NCBI GenBank assembly: GCA_030614005.1
Contig: JAUWKS010000003.1
Coordinates: 30,001-62,000, forward strand
Length of the DNA stretch: 32,000 nucleotides
Direction: 5' to 3'
Origin: Candidatus Heimdallarchaeota archaeon
GTDB lineage: Archaea; Asgardarchaeota; Heimdallarchaeia; JABLTI01
The notes below the pieces were generated by a model, which was not told the origin of the DNA, searched no databases, and saw only the letters and a program-made list of their open reading frames with translations. Positions 8,350-18,445 of this stretch are shown here, one piece after another. Both the position numbers and the translations under genes were made by a program. Within the stretch, counting starts at the first letter, position 1. Each line of letters starts with the position of its first letter.

Positions 8350-11300
8350 ATGCAATTGATGCACAAAAATAGGTACCCCCCGCAATTAGTATTAATTGGC
8401 AGTTTATTCATATTTTTAATGTTATTCAATTCAGCTGTAAATGCTATCGAAGTGGAAGTTGGCAGTGAGGTAGGAATGACAGCAATACCGCCACAAATGG
8501 GTGGGGACTCTTTTGAGACACAAGCAACGAAAATCAATGGTTATGATTGGGAAGATGAGGAGGTTTTTGAAACATTTGCTCCGCTAAATGATTTGAAAAT
8601 AGCTCTTGATGGCGATGAAAACGTTCATGTGTTTTGGTCTGGTGTAGAAAATGGTGATTATTATCTATTCCATAAAATTAGATACAAAGTAAATGAAACT
8701 TGGAGTGAAAGAGAAAGTTTAGGTACAACCTCTTCTGAAACTGGTGCAGTATTAGATGTCCAGACAGATGATGCCGGTATAATCCATCTTACCTGGCAAC
8801 AAAATTCAATAGTAAGATACAGACGTTACAATTATGGTATTTGGGAAAATCCACAGGTTGTCAGTAGTGGTATACATCCAACTATTGATATTAGTACAAC
8901 AAACGGTGCTCCAAATGTAATTTACAAAAGAAAAGTGGATAGTAGGTATATAGATTATAATTATTATTTTACTGAATATAATACTTCTACTGAAATTTGG
9001 AATGCAGAACAAATCGCTATGGGTGACTATTCTCCAAATGGAGGGTCATCTTATGCTTATTCACTTGTAAAAGATGGAGAATTTGACAAACCGTATATTT
9101 TTACAAGCTTTCTAGATAGCTATTGGTATTGGGATGATTCATCAGGTTATTGGGTTAGAAAAGTAGTTGATACAATCAACTATAAAATACTGAGTCGAGA
9201 TAGCGAGACTTCAACTTTCTCTAATGATGGATTTGATATTGAAAGTGCAATAAGCGTTACTGTGCCAGTAGTAACAAAACCACTGCTAATCAATAGTCCA
9301 TCTGATGGGTTATTTGCTTTTTATAATAAACCAAAAGATGATGGAACTTATGAGATTACCTATGCTAAAAAAGCTGGCTCTTACTGGAGCAATCCAATAA
9401 CACTATCTGATAAAGCTGCTCTGAAGTGTGAAATGACCGCAGTAGTGGATCAATTTGGAAAAATAACCCTTATTTGGAATTATGTACACCAAACAATGAT
9501 AGAAGGACAACTAAGATCGTCCGCTGAATTATATATGAAAACATTTTCTCCATACACACAAACATGGTCAGATGATTTACCATTAAATACTATAGAAATG
9601 TATACTCACTTTCCATCAATGACTCAAGATACAGATGGTAATTTGTACTTGGTATACATCGATATAAATATCACTGATTCATCAGAGAAGAAATTAATTT
9701 TTAGAAAAGGTTGGACAGATTCGGATGAAGATGGGTTAACAAATAATGTGGAAACAGAGATACATGGAACTGACCCTTATGACCCCGATTGCGATGATGA
9801 TCAAATGCTGGATGGAGAAGAAATAGCATTAGGTTTTGATCCTTTTAACCCCGATGAAGATTCCGATGGAATGGCAGATGGGTATGAAGTGCACAATGAT
9901 TTAGATCCTTATAGTGACGATTCCTTGGGTGATTATGACTCAGATAACTTGACAAATATGGAAGAATTCTTAGCTGACACATTTGCTAATGATAACGATA
10001 CTGACGATGACGAAGTGAGTGATTATAACGAGTTAAAGGTGTATTTCAGTAACCCGAAAAACCCTGATTCAGACGAAGATGGATTAAGCGATGGAATAGA
10101 AATAAACATTGTTGGTTCTAATCCAAATTCTAATGATACTGACAATGATACTATGTTAGATTATTATGAGTGGACTAATGAGTTGAATCTGACTCTAAAT
10201 GATACTTTTGAAGATTTTGACGGAGATGGATTGTATAATATTTATGAATTCTTATACAATATTAAGGCGAATAAAGCAGATACCGAGGGGGATGGTTTGG
10301 GTGATTATGAAGAAGTAATGATTTATTTCACTATACCAAATAAATTCGATACGGATGACGATGGACTTTGGGATGGTATTGAAGTATACACCTATGGGAC
10401 AAACCCATTATTACCGGATACAGATAGTGACTTTTTGTTAGATAAAACAGAAATTGATGCCGGTTTAAATCCCGTCGATAACGACACAGATAATGATTTA
10501 ATGCTAGATGGTTATGAATATATTTTTGGTCTTGATTACTTTGATGATTCAGATGCAAATTTGGATTATGATGGTGATACTCTTACAAATCTAGAAGAAT
10601 CTTATTTATGGACAAATCCATTTGATGATGATTCTGATGGCGATAAAATAGTTGACAATTATGAGCTTGAATTAGGTAGTGATCCTGCAAAATATGATAC
10701 CGACGACGACGGTTTAAACGATTATAATGAGATATTTGTAATTGGTTCTGATTTTGATAATAATGATACCGATAGCGATGGTTTGATAGATGGCGATGAA
10801 GTATTTATTTATCAATCAAATCCACTCATTGTTGATTCCGATGGTGACACTCTCGATGATGGTGATGAAGTATATATTTATCACACAAATCCTGCTTCTA
10901 CAGACACCGATGGTGATCTTCTTGCTGATAATTTAGAGTTAGATAACAATTCAAATCCACTGGTCGTTGATACTGATTTAGATGGTATGGATGATTATTT
11001 TGAATGGCTCTATGGACTTGATCCCACAGAAGATGATTCACTAATTGATACCGACCAAGATGGTGTGCCAAACTTCGAAGAGTATCTTCATAATACTAAT
11101 CCTTTGGTTAATGATACAGATCTGGATGGCTTAACTGATTTCGATGAAATTTATGTTTATTATACTGCTCCTGATTCCAACGATACCGATGAAGACTCTC
11201 TTGCAGACTACGATGAAATAATGGTTTATGGAACATCCCCTCATGATCCAGACAGCGATGACGATGGCATTTTAGATGGAGAAGAAGTTAGGATTGGTAC

Positions 11301-11613
11301 TGATCCCACAGAAATTGATTCTGATAAGGATGGTGTTTCCGATGGTCAAGAGCTTTTAGATGGAACAGATCCCACTGACTTCTATGACAACAAAGATATC
11401 AGACGCTCGCGCTTACTGATCGTCACCTTTTCTGTTATTGTTGGAGGCATTCTTGTGTATTATATTGGTCCCTTCCTTATCATAAAATTATCACGTAATG
11501 AAGAAACTAAATGGGTTCAAGAAGGACTTTTATGGCGAAAACGGAAAGGAACTGAAATCCTCGAAACGTCACCTCATTCTGAAGAAATTTCGGAATCGAA
11601 TATGGAAGAATAA
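8350..11613 (+). CDS. Large type I membrane surface protein: signal peptide, beta-rich (probably propeller) domain, 24 Ca2+-binding TSP3-like repeats, TM helix, cytoplasmic tail
   Basis: Hydrophobic N-terminus ending in AVNA. About 420 aa of beta-rich sequence with recurring W. Repeats of D[TS]DxDG[LM]xDxxE...[TS][ND]P. TM segment [24 protein letters not shown]. Confidence 0.9.
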   Translation: MQLMHKNRYPPQLVLIGSLFIFLMLFNSAVNAIEVEVGSEVGMTAIPPQMGGDSFETQATKINGYDWEDEEVFETFAPLNDLKIALDGDENVHVFWSGVENGDYYLFHKIRYKVNETWSERESLGTTSSETGAVLDVQTDDAGIIHLTWQQNSIVRYRRYNYGIWENPQVVSSGIHPTIDISTTNGAPNVIYKRKVDSRYIDYNYYFTEYNTSTEIWNAEQIAMGDYSPNGGSSYAYSLVKDGEFDKPYIFTSFLDSYWYWDDSSGYWVRKVVDTINYKILSRDSETSTFSNDGFDIESAISVTVPVVTKPLLINSPSDGLFAFYNKPKDDGTYEITYAKKAGSYWSNPITLSDKAALKCEMTAVVDQFGKITLIWNYVHQTMIEGQLRSSAELYMKTFSPYTQTWSDDLPLNTIEMYTHFPSMTQDTDGNLYLVYIDINITDSSEKKLIFRKGWTDSDEDGLTNNVETEIHGTDPYDPDCDDDQMLDGEEIALGFDPFNPDEDSDGMADGYEVHNDLDPYSDDSLGDYDSDNLTNMEEFLADTFANDNDTDDDEVSDYNELKVYFSNPKNPDSDEDGLSDGIEINIVGSNPNSNDTDNDTMLDYYEWTNELNLTLNDTFEDFDGDGLYNIYEFLYNIKANKADTEGDGLGDYEEVMIYFTIPNKFDTDDDGLWDGIEVYTYGTNPLLPDTDSDFLLDKTEIDAGLNPVDNDTDNDLMLDGYEYIFGLDYFDDSDANLDYDGDTLTNLEESYLWTNPFDDDSDGDKIVDNYELELGSDPAKYDTDDDGLNDYNEIFVIGSDFDNNDTDSDGLIDGDEVFIYQSNPLIVDSDGDTLDDGDEVYIYHTNPASTDTDGDLLADNLELDNNSNPLVVDTDLDGMDDYFEWLYGLDPTEDDSLIDTDQDGVPNFEEYLHNTNPLVNDTDLDGLTDFDEIYVYYTAPDSNDTDEDSLADYDEIMVYGTSPHDPDSDDDGILDGEEVRIGTDPTEIDSDKDGVSDGQELLDGTDPTDFYDNKDIRRSRLLIVTFSVIVGGILVYYIGPFLIIKLSRNEETKWVQEGLLWRKRKGTEILETSPHSEEISESNMEE
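9718..11390 (+). repeat. 24 tandem DxDxDG...E...P protein-level repeats (22-27 aa each)
   Basis: Counted by hand from [12 protein letters not shown] to [12 protein letters not shown]. Degenerate at the DNA level. Confidence 0.85.
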
Positions 11614-11635
11614 TTCTTCCACTCATTTTCTTTTA
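11604..11635 (+). terminator. Hairpin with the stop codon as its loop, plus U-tract
   Basis: GGAAGAA-TAA-TTCTTCC (11604-11620), then ACTCATTTTCTTTT. Confidence 0.45.
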
Positions 11636-11670
11636 TTATAGTAATCGTTTTTTAAAAAATTAGCCTTTTG

Positions 11671-11704
11671 AAAAGAAAAATCCTCATAACAGAATTGAGG
11701 ATTT
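11671..11704 (-). terminator. Hairpin plus U-tract after ftsY
   Basis: Minus strand reads AAATCCTCA-attctgtta-TGAGGATTT (9-bp stem, 11704-11678), then TTCTTTT. Confidence 0.6.
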
Positions 11705-11709
11705 AACAT

Positions 11710-12624
11710 TTATTTCTCAGCGATTATTGCGTCTGCAAACCATTTAGCATCAAAGGGTTTGAAATCAGAGTATTTTTGCCCTATTCCAATGAAAATAATT
11801 GGTGCATTTGTTGAATATACGATTGAAAGTGCTGCTCCTCCTTTCGGATCAGCATCCACCTTTGTTAGGATACTTGCGTCTATTCCAACCATTTTATCAT
11901 ATTCTTTGGCTTGCATTGCTGCATCGTTGCCTGTGAGTGCATCTGCCACGAAAATATTCAAATCAGGTTCAGCAACTCTAACGATTTTTTGGAGCTCTCT
12001 CATAAGATTTTTGTTCGTTTGCAATCTTCCTGCTGTATCTGCAATAACGACATCAACTTTCTTTGAACGCGCATGCTGGATGGTATCATATATAACCGCT
12101 GCGGGGTCCGAACCGTAATCTTGTTTGATTATTTTAACACCCAGTCTCTGACAGTGTTTACTTATTTGATCTATTGCTCCGGCACGAAAAGTATCGCCTG
12201 CCCCAATAACTACTGTATATTTATTATTAATAAGAAACTGTGCGAGTTTTGCTATGGTAGTAGTTTTCCCTGCACCATTTGGTCCGAAAATAGCTAATAC
12301 TGTTGGTTCTCCATTGGCTTTATTATCTTTAATAATCTCTAAAAGGTCTATTTTAACTTCTGGTGAATCAAGAATTTTTATTATTGATTTTCTTAAAGCA
12401 TCATAGGTTAATTTCTTTTTACTTGAAAGTCTACCAACCTTTGTTTTTATTAGCTCCTGCTCAACCTCTTTTGCAATTTTCTCTGCAATAGGCACTGCAA
12501 CATTGTTTGCAATTAAGGCAAGCTGTAATTCATACAACGGTTTCTCTAGAGCTTTTTCAGTCAAATCTCTTTGAGTGATAGCTTCTACAGCACTATTAAC
12601 TCCATCTCTGAATTTTTTGAACAA
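11710..12624 (-). CDS. ftsY: Signal recognition particle receptor FtsY (NG domain only)
   Basis: GPNGAGKTTTIAKLA, DTFRAGAIDQ, DTAGR, TKVDADPKGG and GIGQ motifs. TTG start with a GGTGA RBS. Conserved position after pfdA. Confidence 0.96.
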   Translation of the reverse strand: MFKKFRDGVNSAVEAITQRDLTEKALEKPLYELQLALIANNVAVPIAEKIAKEVEQELIKTKVGRLSSKKKLTYDALRKSIIKILDSPEVKIDLLEIIKDNKANGEPTVLAIFGPNGAGKTTTIAKLAQFLINNKYTVVIGAGDTFRAGAIDQISKHCQRLGVKIIKQDYGSDPAAVIYDTIQHARSKKVDVVIADTAGRLQTNKNLMRELQKIVRVAEPDLNIFVADALTGNDAAMQAKEYDKMVGIDASILTKVDADPKGGAALSIVYSTNAPIIFIGIGQKYSDFKPFDAKWFADAIIAEK

Positions 12625-12707
12625 AAGAAATCACCTTACGTTTTTGATTATTTATAGAGGCTTTCGCTTTAATAAAGTATAATGAATAAATAAATATTAT
12701 TCATTCT

Positions 12708-13175
12708 TTAGCTTACTAAGCTTGGATCATATTGAGCGGGAGCTGGACCCTGCAATTGTTGTATAAGAGTTTGCCCTTTTTGCTCGAGAGATCCCATTTG
12801 GTTAGCAATTTGGTTTAATTGATCTACTAACGTTAGACTTTCCTTTTCAACTTCTTCTATTCTCTTATCAATGCTTATTATAGCATCATCAACTGGTTTT
12901 GTTACAACTATTCCTGCACCAACACTATACAAAACATTCTTTGTGTCCAATGGTTTTGCTTTTAGCATTATGCCGCTGCCTAATTGCATCAAAGTTTCCT
13001 CTGGGTTCTTCTCTTCTTTTAAATTAACTAAAGTTGATTTTGATCTGCTTAAATCAAGAATAAAACTTCGCAAAGTTTCTAATTGTGTCTGGAGTTGTTT
13101 ACTATACTCTTCAAATTGTTGAAGAGTACCACTAATTTGTTGCAACTCATTTCTTAAATTCTCTTCATTACTCAT
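12708..13175 (-). CDS. pfdA: Prefoldin alpha subunit
   Basis: Coiled coil, beta-hairpins (LMQLGSGIMLKA, VLYSVGAGIVV), coiled coil. Lies between rpl18a and ftsY. Confidence 0.92.
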   Translation of the reverse strand: MSNEENLRNELQQISGTLQQFEEYSKQLQTQLETLRSFILDLSRSKSTLVNLKEEKNPEETLMQLGSGIMLKAKPLDTKNVLYSVGAGIVVTKPVDDAIISIDKRIEEVEKESLTLVDQLNQIANQMGSLEQKGQTLIQQLQGPAPAQYDPSLVS

Positions 13176-13256
13176 TTAATTCACCAATTGTTGCCTACAA
13201 TCTTTCCTAGTAAAAAAGTTTCTTACAGTTTAATTACTGTTCTTGTATACTTTATT

Positions 13257-13526
13257 TTATTTTGAGACTGGGAGTTTGAGGTTATCGTTACCCGCAATTT
13301 CTCTCAAAATAGGACTCTTTAACTCTTGCATATCGATTTCAGCTACTTTGCGAACTACTAACAATATTCTTGGAACTCTATGTTTGCTTCCGATCAGTGA
13401 ATAAGCTTCTTCCAAAGCGTCTTCTTTTGATACGGCTCTTATTTCTATTTCAAACATTTTTTTATTCTTCAGTGGTTTTCTCGCAAATAATATTCTGAAA
13501 TTTTTTACTTGAACTTCATTTGTCAT
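13257..13526 (-). CDS. rpl18a: 50S ribosomal protein L18Ae/LX (eL20)
   Basis: FEIEIRAVSKEDALEEAYSLIGSKHRV...KVAEI matches LX, in the conserved eIF6-LX-pfdA-ftsY order. Confidence 0.88.
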   Translation of the reverse strand: MTNEVQVKNFRILFARKPLKNKKMFEIEIRAVSKEDALEEAYSLIGSKHRVPRILLVVRKVAEIDMQELKSPILREIAGNDNLKLPVSK

Positions 13527-13609
13527 TTATTTTTGACCTTCTTTTTACGATTTGTTTGAACTGAAAATTTGATGTTTTTATTATTTTTGGATGAAATGAA
13601 TAATAACTA

Positions 13610-14284
13610 TTAGCTTCCTTTCAAGGTTTGATACAATCTCTGCAACTCTGGGCCAGTTGTATCTTTCCCTGTCACTGCTCCTCGTGAATTTGCGAAAGCT
13701 CCTATACTAACATATGGAGTTCCTCTATTCATTGTTCCGACGTTAACTGGAACACCCAACTTCTCACTTAACCAAGTCATCTCCATCTCTGTTGTTAATG
13801 GGTGAGTTAATGCTCCTCTATTGGTTGCTAGAGCGTGTGAGCCAACTAAAGGTGAATTGATTATATTGCCTTTTTCTACTTCTACATCAAAAACTTCCTT
13901 AATAATAGAAACCGCTTCAGGCTCGAATTTCTCATGGATAATTGCTCCATTGTCATTTACGAGGATACAATTAGCTAGGCATGTGAGTTTACTTTGGACT
14001 ACACCAATTTTTACATCATCAGTTAATGCTTCTTGAAGTCTTTTCAAATCGCGGTCACTGACAAAGTGGGGAACTAGAATTCCATTTGAATTAGCAACAG
14101 CTAATATTCCAATAAGATTTGTATCGCCTACATTCACCTGGAAAACTGGAACTTCTAGAGCTTTTTCGATTGCCTCTACTGCTTTCTGTTCCCAGAGTTC
14201 TGAGATGATAGCAAATTTATCTGTAGCAACACCAAATGCACCTAGTGAAGTTAGACCTTCAACAGTAGTGCGTATAATATTCAT
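13610..14284 (-). CDS. eif6: Translation initiation factor 6
   Basis: eIF6 repeats (LIGILAVANSNGILVP, LANCILVNDNGAIIH, VGSHALATNRGALTHP, GTMNRG). The ATG at 14284 has a GGTGA RBS, so it is preferred over the GTG at 14323. Confidence 0.93.
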   Translation of the reverse strand: MNIIRTTVEGLTSLGAFGVATDKFAIISELWEQKAVEAIEKALEVPVFQVNVGDTNLIGILAVANSNGILVPHFVSDRDLKRLQEALTDDVKIGVVQSKLTCLANCILVNDNGAIIHEKFEPEAVSIIKEVFDVEVEKGNIINSPLVGSHALATNRGALTHPLTTEMEMTWLSEKLGVPVNVGTMNRGTPYVSIGAFANSRGAVTGKDTTGPELQRLYQTLKGS

Positions 14285-14546
14285 TTCGTTCACCTTGTTT
14301 GATTTCAGAGGATCAATTTTCACCTAATACTAGTGAAGTATACAACCAGTACTAAGAAAACGATTTTCTCTATTTGTGCTTCCTTCTGAATTGCTATTTA
14401 AATCATTGTGAAAGAACGAGTTTTCATTGACTCATTGAATAAGATAGTAAAAATATTTGAAATTCTGGAAAAAATGATTAGATTTGTTTGAAAAAAATAC
14501 TAATTATATGGATAATTTTAAACTATATATGTGCACCAATTTTAGT

Positions 14547-15470
14547 ATGGCATCTTTAAAGGTAGTCTCAATATCACATTCAATTGATCCCGATGGAATA
14601 GGGTCCCAAGCAATTATTTTTAGATACTTTAGAGAACTGAAAATTGAGCCTATCGGTTTTCTTGCTGATTATCACAATTTTGTTGAAGTATTTCAACAAG
14701 CTTTAGAAGAAAAACCAAATGTTTTGATAATTAGTGATATTGGTATCAATAAAAGTCACTTCTCCGAGATTGTTGCCTATTTGAAGGAGCTTCAAGCAAG
14801 AAAAATTTGGATTGACCATCATAAAGTATCCGATGAAGAGAAAGCTATTTTGCTGGATGTTTTGGATGAATTTATTCATGATACAAAATATTGTGCTGCT
14901 GAACTTGTTCAAAAAAGGTTTATGCCAAATGACGAAATATCTAAGAAAATTGCTACAATAGGGCATAATGGAGATTTTGATGTTCCAGACAGGTTGACAA
15001 ATATTTTCTATACATTGATTGACTATTACAGACTATCAATGAAAGATTTGATTAAAGTACGAGAAATGTTTGCAAAAGGCGATTTTGAAGATGAACAGTT
15101 TATCAATTGTTATCTTGAAGCATACAAAGTTTTCGAAGCAGAACGAGATCGAATTAGTAATTCAAAAAAAGTACTAACAATAGCAGGGTTAACTATTGCC
15201 GTTGCTGAATCTGCTCTACTTCCAAGAGGGAAGGTCACTAAATTCTTATCCGAAATTGGTGCTCAAGATATTTATCTAGCAATTGATACTACTAATTTCC
15301 GAATAGGGATGAGAAGTGATAATTTTGATGTTGCAGCATTGGCTGCCAAATTCGGTGGTGGTGGGCACAAACACCGTTCTGGTTTTACCTACAAGGGAGC
15401 TCTTGATGAAGAGCAAAATTTAGATGAAGAGTTTCTCAAGAAAATTGAAGATGCTCTTAAAAATCCTTAA
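14547..15470 (+). CDS. DHH/DHHA1 family phosphoesterase (NrnA-like)
   Basis: SHSIDPDGIGS, IISDIG, WIDHHK and a C-terminal GGGGHKHRSG. Start placed at MASLK; the ORF track starts at 14484. Confidence 0.88.
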   Translation: MASLKVVSISHSIDPDGIGSQAIIFRYFRELKIEPIGFLADYHNFVEVFQQALEEKPNVLIISDIGINKSHFSEIVAYLKELQARKIWIDHHKVSDEEKAILLDVLDEFIHDTKYCAAELVQKRFMPNDEISKKIATIGHNGDFDVPDRLTNIFYTLIDYYRLSMKDLIKVREMFAKGDFEDEQFINCYLEAYKVFEAERDRISNSKKVLTIAGLTIAVAESALLPRGKVTKFLSEIGAQDIYLAIDTTNFRIGMRSDNFDVAALAAKFGGGGHKHRSGFTYKGALDEEQNLDEEFLKKIEDALKNP

Positions 15471-15554
15471 AGATAACAAAAAGCATATCCTTCTAGGTTT
15501 AATAATTCGTAATTGTAGAAAGAAGATATTGCGCTATTTGGAAGTTTATCAGAA

Positions 15555-16640
15555 ATGTTAGAAGAAAGGCAAAAACGTTTGAAAGAATTAATGAAAACTA
15601 ATGGTTCAGAATGTTTACTTTTATTTCCTGGAGTAGATTTGTTTTATTCTACTGGTTTGGAAATACATGCAAGTGAACGATTGACTACAGCAATAATTCC
15701 AGCTGATACTGATCCAATAATTATTTGTCCCAGCTTTGAAAAAACACGACTCGAAAGAGGCATTGAAACAGGAACAATACGAACTTGGGCGGAAGATGAA
15801 AATCCGTTCGAATTATTAGGAAAAACATTACAAGAGCTTGATGTTGACCAGAAGCAGATAGCATTAGATAACAAATTATGGTTTGAGTGGTTTCTAAAAA
15901 TTAGAGAACAAATACCAAAAGCAACCTTTGTCGATGCGAAAGCAATCGTTCAAGCATCACGATTGATAAAATCTGAGGGAGAAATTTCTTTACTTCGTGA
16001 AGCAACGAAAATAGCTGCTAATTCAATAAAAGATACATTCGCCGAAGCAGAAGTTGGTATGACTGAGCTTGAAATTGTTAAAATCGTCAGCGAGAAATTA
16101 GCAAAGGCAAGTGGAACGGCAGCATTTGCTACAGTACAATCTGGTCCTAATACTGCAATACCTCACGCTGGACCTTCCGAAAGAAAAATAGAAAAAAATG
16201 ATGTTTTACTTATCGATGCTGGACCTAAGTACAAGGGGTACCTTGGAGACATAACCATAACTTCTGTAATTGGCGAACCCAGCGAGAAATTCAAGAAAAT
16301 TTATGATATTGTCTACAAAGCAAACAGAGCTGCATTTGCTGTTGCGAAAGAAGGAATAATTGCAGAAGATGTCGATAAAGCAGCACGACAAGTTATTACA
16401 AAAGAGGGTTTCGGAAAATACTTCACTCATCGACTAGGTCATGGAATAGGTGTAGAAGTACATGAAGCACCCTACATGGTGTCTGGAAATAAACTTGTAT
16501 TAAAAGATGGCATGTGCCATACAATTGAACCCGGAATTTATATTGAAGGTGAATTTGGTGTGCGAATAGAGGATGACGTTGTTATCCGGAAGAATAATTG
16601 TGAATTCCTTTATGAAACACCAAGAAGGATTTGGGAGTGA
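15555..16640 (+). CDS. pepQ: Xaa-Pro dipeptidase/aminopeptidase (M24B)
   Basis: Creatinase-like N-terminal domain. Metal ligands in LIDAG, YLGDITIT, HRLGHGIGVEVHE, TIEPGIY and GVRIEDD. Confidence 0.9.
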   Translation: MLEERQKRLKELMKTNGSECLLLFPGVDLFYSTGLEIHASERLTTAIIPADTDPIIICPSFEKTRLERGIETGTIRTWAEDENPFELLGKTLQELDVDQKQIALDNKLWFEWFLKIREQIPKATFVDAKAIVQASRLIKSEGEISLLREATKIAANSIKDTFAEAEVGMTELEIVKIVSEKLAKASGTAAFATVQSGPNTAIPHAGPSERKIEKNDVLLIDAGPKYKGYLGDITITSVIGEPSEKFKKIYDIVYKANRAAFAVAKEGIIAEDVDKAARQVITKEGFGKYFTHRLGHGIGVEVHEAPYMVSGNKLVLKDGMCHTIEPGIYIEGEFGVRIEDDVVIRKNNCEFLYETPRRIWE

Positions 16641-17146
16641 TCCCAGTCCAAAATTATTTTTCTAGCTCAAATCTACAGTTAACTGCCGCAAGTGGTACGT
16701 ATGTTCTTTTCATCGATGTTTCTAAAGATATCACTTTAGAAATAGGTTCACTTGGTGAAATAAAATTCGTTAAGGGATTCTATATCTATATTGGTTCTGC
16801 ATTAAGTCCTGGTGGATTAGCAAAAAGAGTTGAAAGGCATTTGCGAAGTGAAAAGAAACTTTTCTGGCATATTGATTATTTATTGAATTCTTCTTTAACT
16901 GAAATTTCTGCAGTTGCTTGGATAGCAGATCAACAAAAATTAGAATGTTCAATTTCACAGGAAATAGACAAATTAGTAGATTTGGTTTCTTCTATTTCCC
17001 ATTTTGGCTCGAGTGACTGTAAATGCAAGGGTCATCTGAAACTGATAAAGGGAAAATCTATAAGAGACTTTTATAAAATAATTCTCTCAGTAATCGTACC
17101 TTTTGATTTCGTTTTCGAAAAATTTAGTAATAATCTCTCTAGGTGA
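16637..17146 (+). CDS. GIY-YIG-like (DUF123/Uri superfamily) endonuclease
   Basis: GTYVLF, GFYIYIGSA, KRVERH, FWHIDYL and FGSSDCKCKGHL motifs. The GTG start overlaps the peptidase stop (GTGA). Confidence 0.85.
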   Translation: MIPVQNYFSSSNLQLTAASGTYVLFIDVSKDITLEIGSLGEIKFVKGFYIYIGSALSPGGLAKRVERHLRSEKKLFWHIDYLLNSSLTEISAVAWIADQQKLECSISQEIDKLVDLVSSISHFGSSDCKCKGHLKLIKGKSIRDFYKIILSVIVPFDFVFEKFSNNLSR

Positions 17147-17245
17147 TAATTTTTTAAATAAGATTAATAATCAGTAGTTAATATATTGCCAATAAAAATA
17201 GTTTAGCTTTAAAAAAATGATTTCACAGATACAGTGGTTGATAAA

Positions 17246-17815
17246 ATGTCCGAAGTTGACACAATTGAATATTTCAAAAGTCCAGGGAAAGTAAATACAG
17301 AGAAAGCATTGAAAATTGCGTATGAATACTCTGAAGAATATAAAATCCCCAAAATAGTTATTGCTACTACAAAAGGAAGCACAGCAGCAAAAGCATTGGA
17401 TATTTTCACCGATCTAGAAAAATTAGTTATTGTTACTCATTCATTCGGCTTTTTGAAGCCAGGTGAGAATGAAATGGATGCTGATTTGCTTGAACTACTT
17501 AAGAAAAAGAACATTTCAGTTCTAACAGGAACTCATGCTTTTGCAGGTGTAGATCGAGCTATTAGAAAAAAACATGGTACATGGGAAATCGCAGAGTTAT
17601 TTGCTGAAGTCTATAGAACATTTGGTCAAGGAACAAAAGTTTGTGCAGAAATAACTTTAATGGCTGCTGATTCAGGACTCGTACCTATTGATCAGGATAT
17701 CTTAGCTGTAGGCGGCACTGGTAGAGGTGCAGATACTGTGTGGCAAATTCAACCTACAAATACCTTTAGTTTCTTTGATTTAAGAATGAAAAAATGTCTT
17801 TGCAAACCAATATAG
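17246..17815 (+). CDS. Conserved archaeal protein with pyruvate-kinase C-terminal-like alpha/beta domain
   Basis: YFKSPGKVNT, IVIATTKG, VTHSFGF, THAFAGVDRA, FGQGTKVCAEITLMAADSG and GGTGRGADT motifs. Confidence 0.85.
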   Translation: MSEVDTIEYFKSPGKVNTEKALKIAYEYSEEYKIPKIVIATTKGSTAAKALDIFTDLEKLVIVTHSFGFLKPGENEMDADLLELLKKKNISVLTGTHAFAGVDRAIRKKHGTWEIAELFAEVYRTFGQGTKVCAEITLMAADSGLVPIDQDILAVGGTGRGADTVWQIQPTNTFSFFDLRMKKCLCKPI

Positions 17816-17816
17816 A

Positions 17817-18287
17817 TTATTGTTCTAATCTTTTTGCTGCTTCAATTATGTACTCTCGAGCGTTCTCTCGAGATGCTTGCTTGATTATTAATTGAATAAA
17901 GAAGTTTAGCTTGTCGTCATCCAAACTAAATCGTTCAACTAAAAAACCCTTTATTTCCGCTTCAGATGAGTTTGTAGGTAAATCAGCAATATATTCAGCA
18001 ACATCTAATATAGAAGCATCTTGAACTGTTTCCCTTTTTGGTATGCCAAAAATTTGTTTTGAAAGTTCTTCCAAGTAATTGTTATGAGCTTTAACAATGA
18101 CTTCATATTCTTCTCCTTCATACTTCGGTAAAATGTGAATTTCTAAAGAACGATCCTCATTGCGCAAACTGTAACCCAATTCTTCATCAAAATTTGCTTT
18201 TCTTATTTCTACTCTTTCTTCTAGCTTATCGATGAGTGCTTCAACTTCTGAATCGGATTTAAAATTGTAAATTAATTCCTTAGCCAA
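17817..18287 (-). CDS. Hypothetical protein, 156 aa (paralogue A of the 20582-21031 protein)
   Basis: TTG start with a GGTGA RBS. Aligns by eye with the 149-aa protein. Confidence 0.75.
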   Translation of the reverse strand: MAKELIYNFKSDSEVEALIDKLEERVEIRKANFDEELGYSLRNEDRSLEIHILPKYEGEEYEVIVKAHNNYLEELSKQIFGIPKRETVQDASILDVAEYIADLPTNSSEAEIKGFLVERFSLDDDKLNFFIQLIIKQASRENAREYIIEAAKRLEQ

Positions 18288-18382
18288 ATGAGTTCACCTG
18301 AAAGCCTAACACCAAAGTTAGTCTTTCTAATTACTATTGAACAATTCTAATTTTAATAAGTATCTATTTATGTTTAAAATTG

Positions 18383-18422
18383 AAAGAAAAAGAGTAATTG
18401 TTGGTAGTATTGTTCTACCAAC
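18383..18422 (-). terminator. Hairpin plus U-tract after the PLD gene
   Basis: Minus strand reads GTTGGTAG-aacaata-CTACCAAC (18422-18400), then AATTACTCTTTTTCTTT. Confidence 0.6.
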
Positions 18423-18445
18423 TCTTCAATATATTTCTGGAATGT

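Noticed and set aside
9718-11390. Periodic DNA resembling a CRISPR array or tandem repeat
   Set aside because: The periodicity is explained by protein repeats with synonymous divergence; there are no identical repeats with unique spacers.
16637-17146. GIY-YIG gene as a homing endonuclease or mobile element
   Set aside because: It is the compact DUF123 type common in archaea, translationally coupled to the peptidase, with no intron, intein or flanking repeats.
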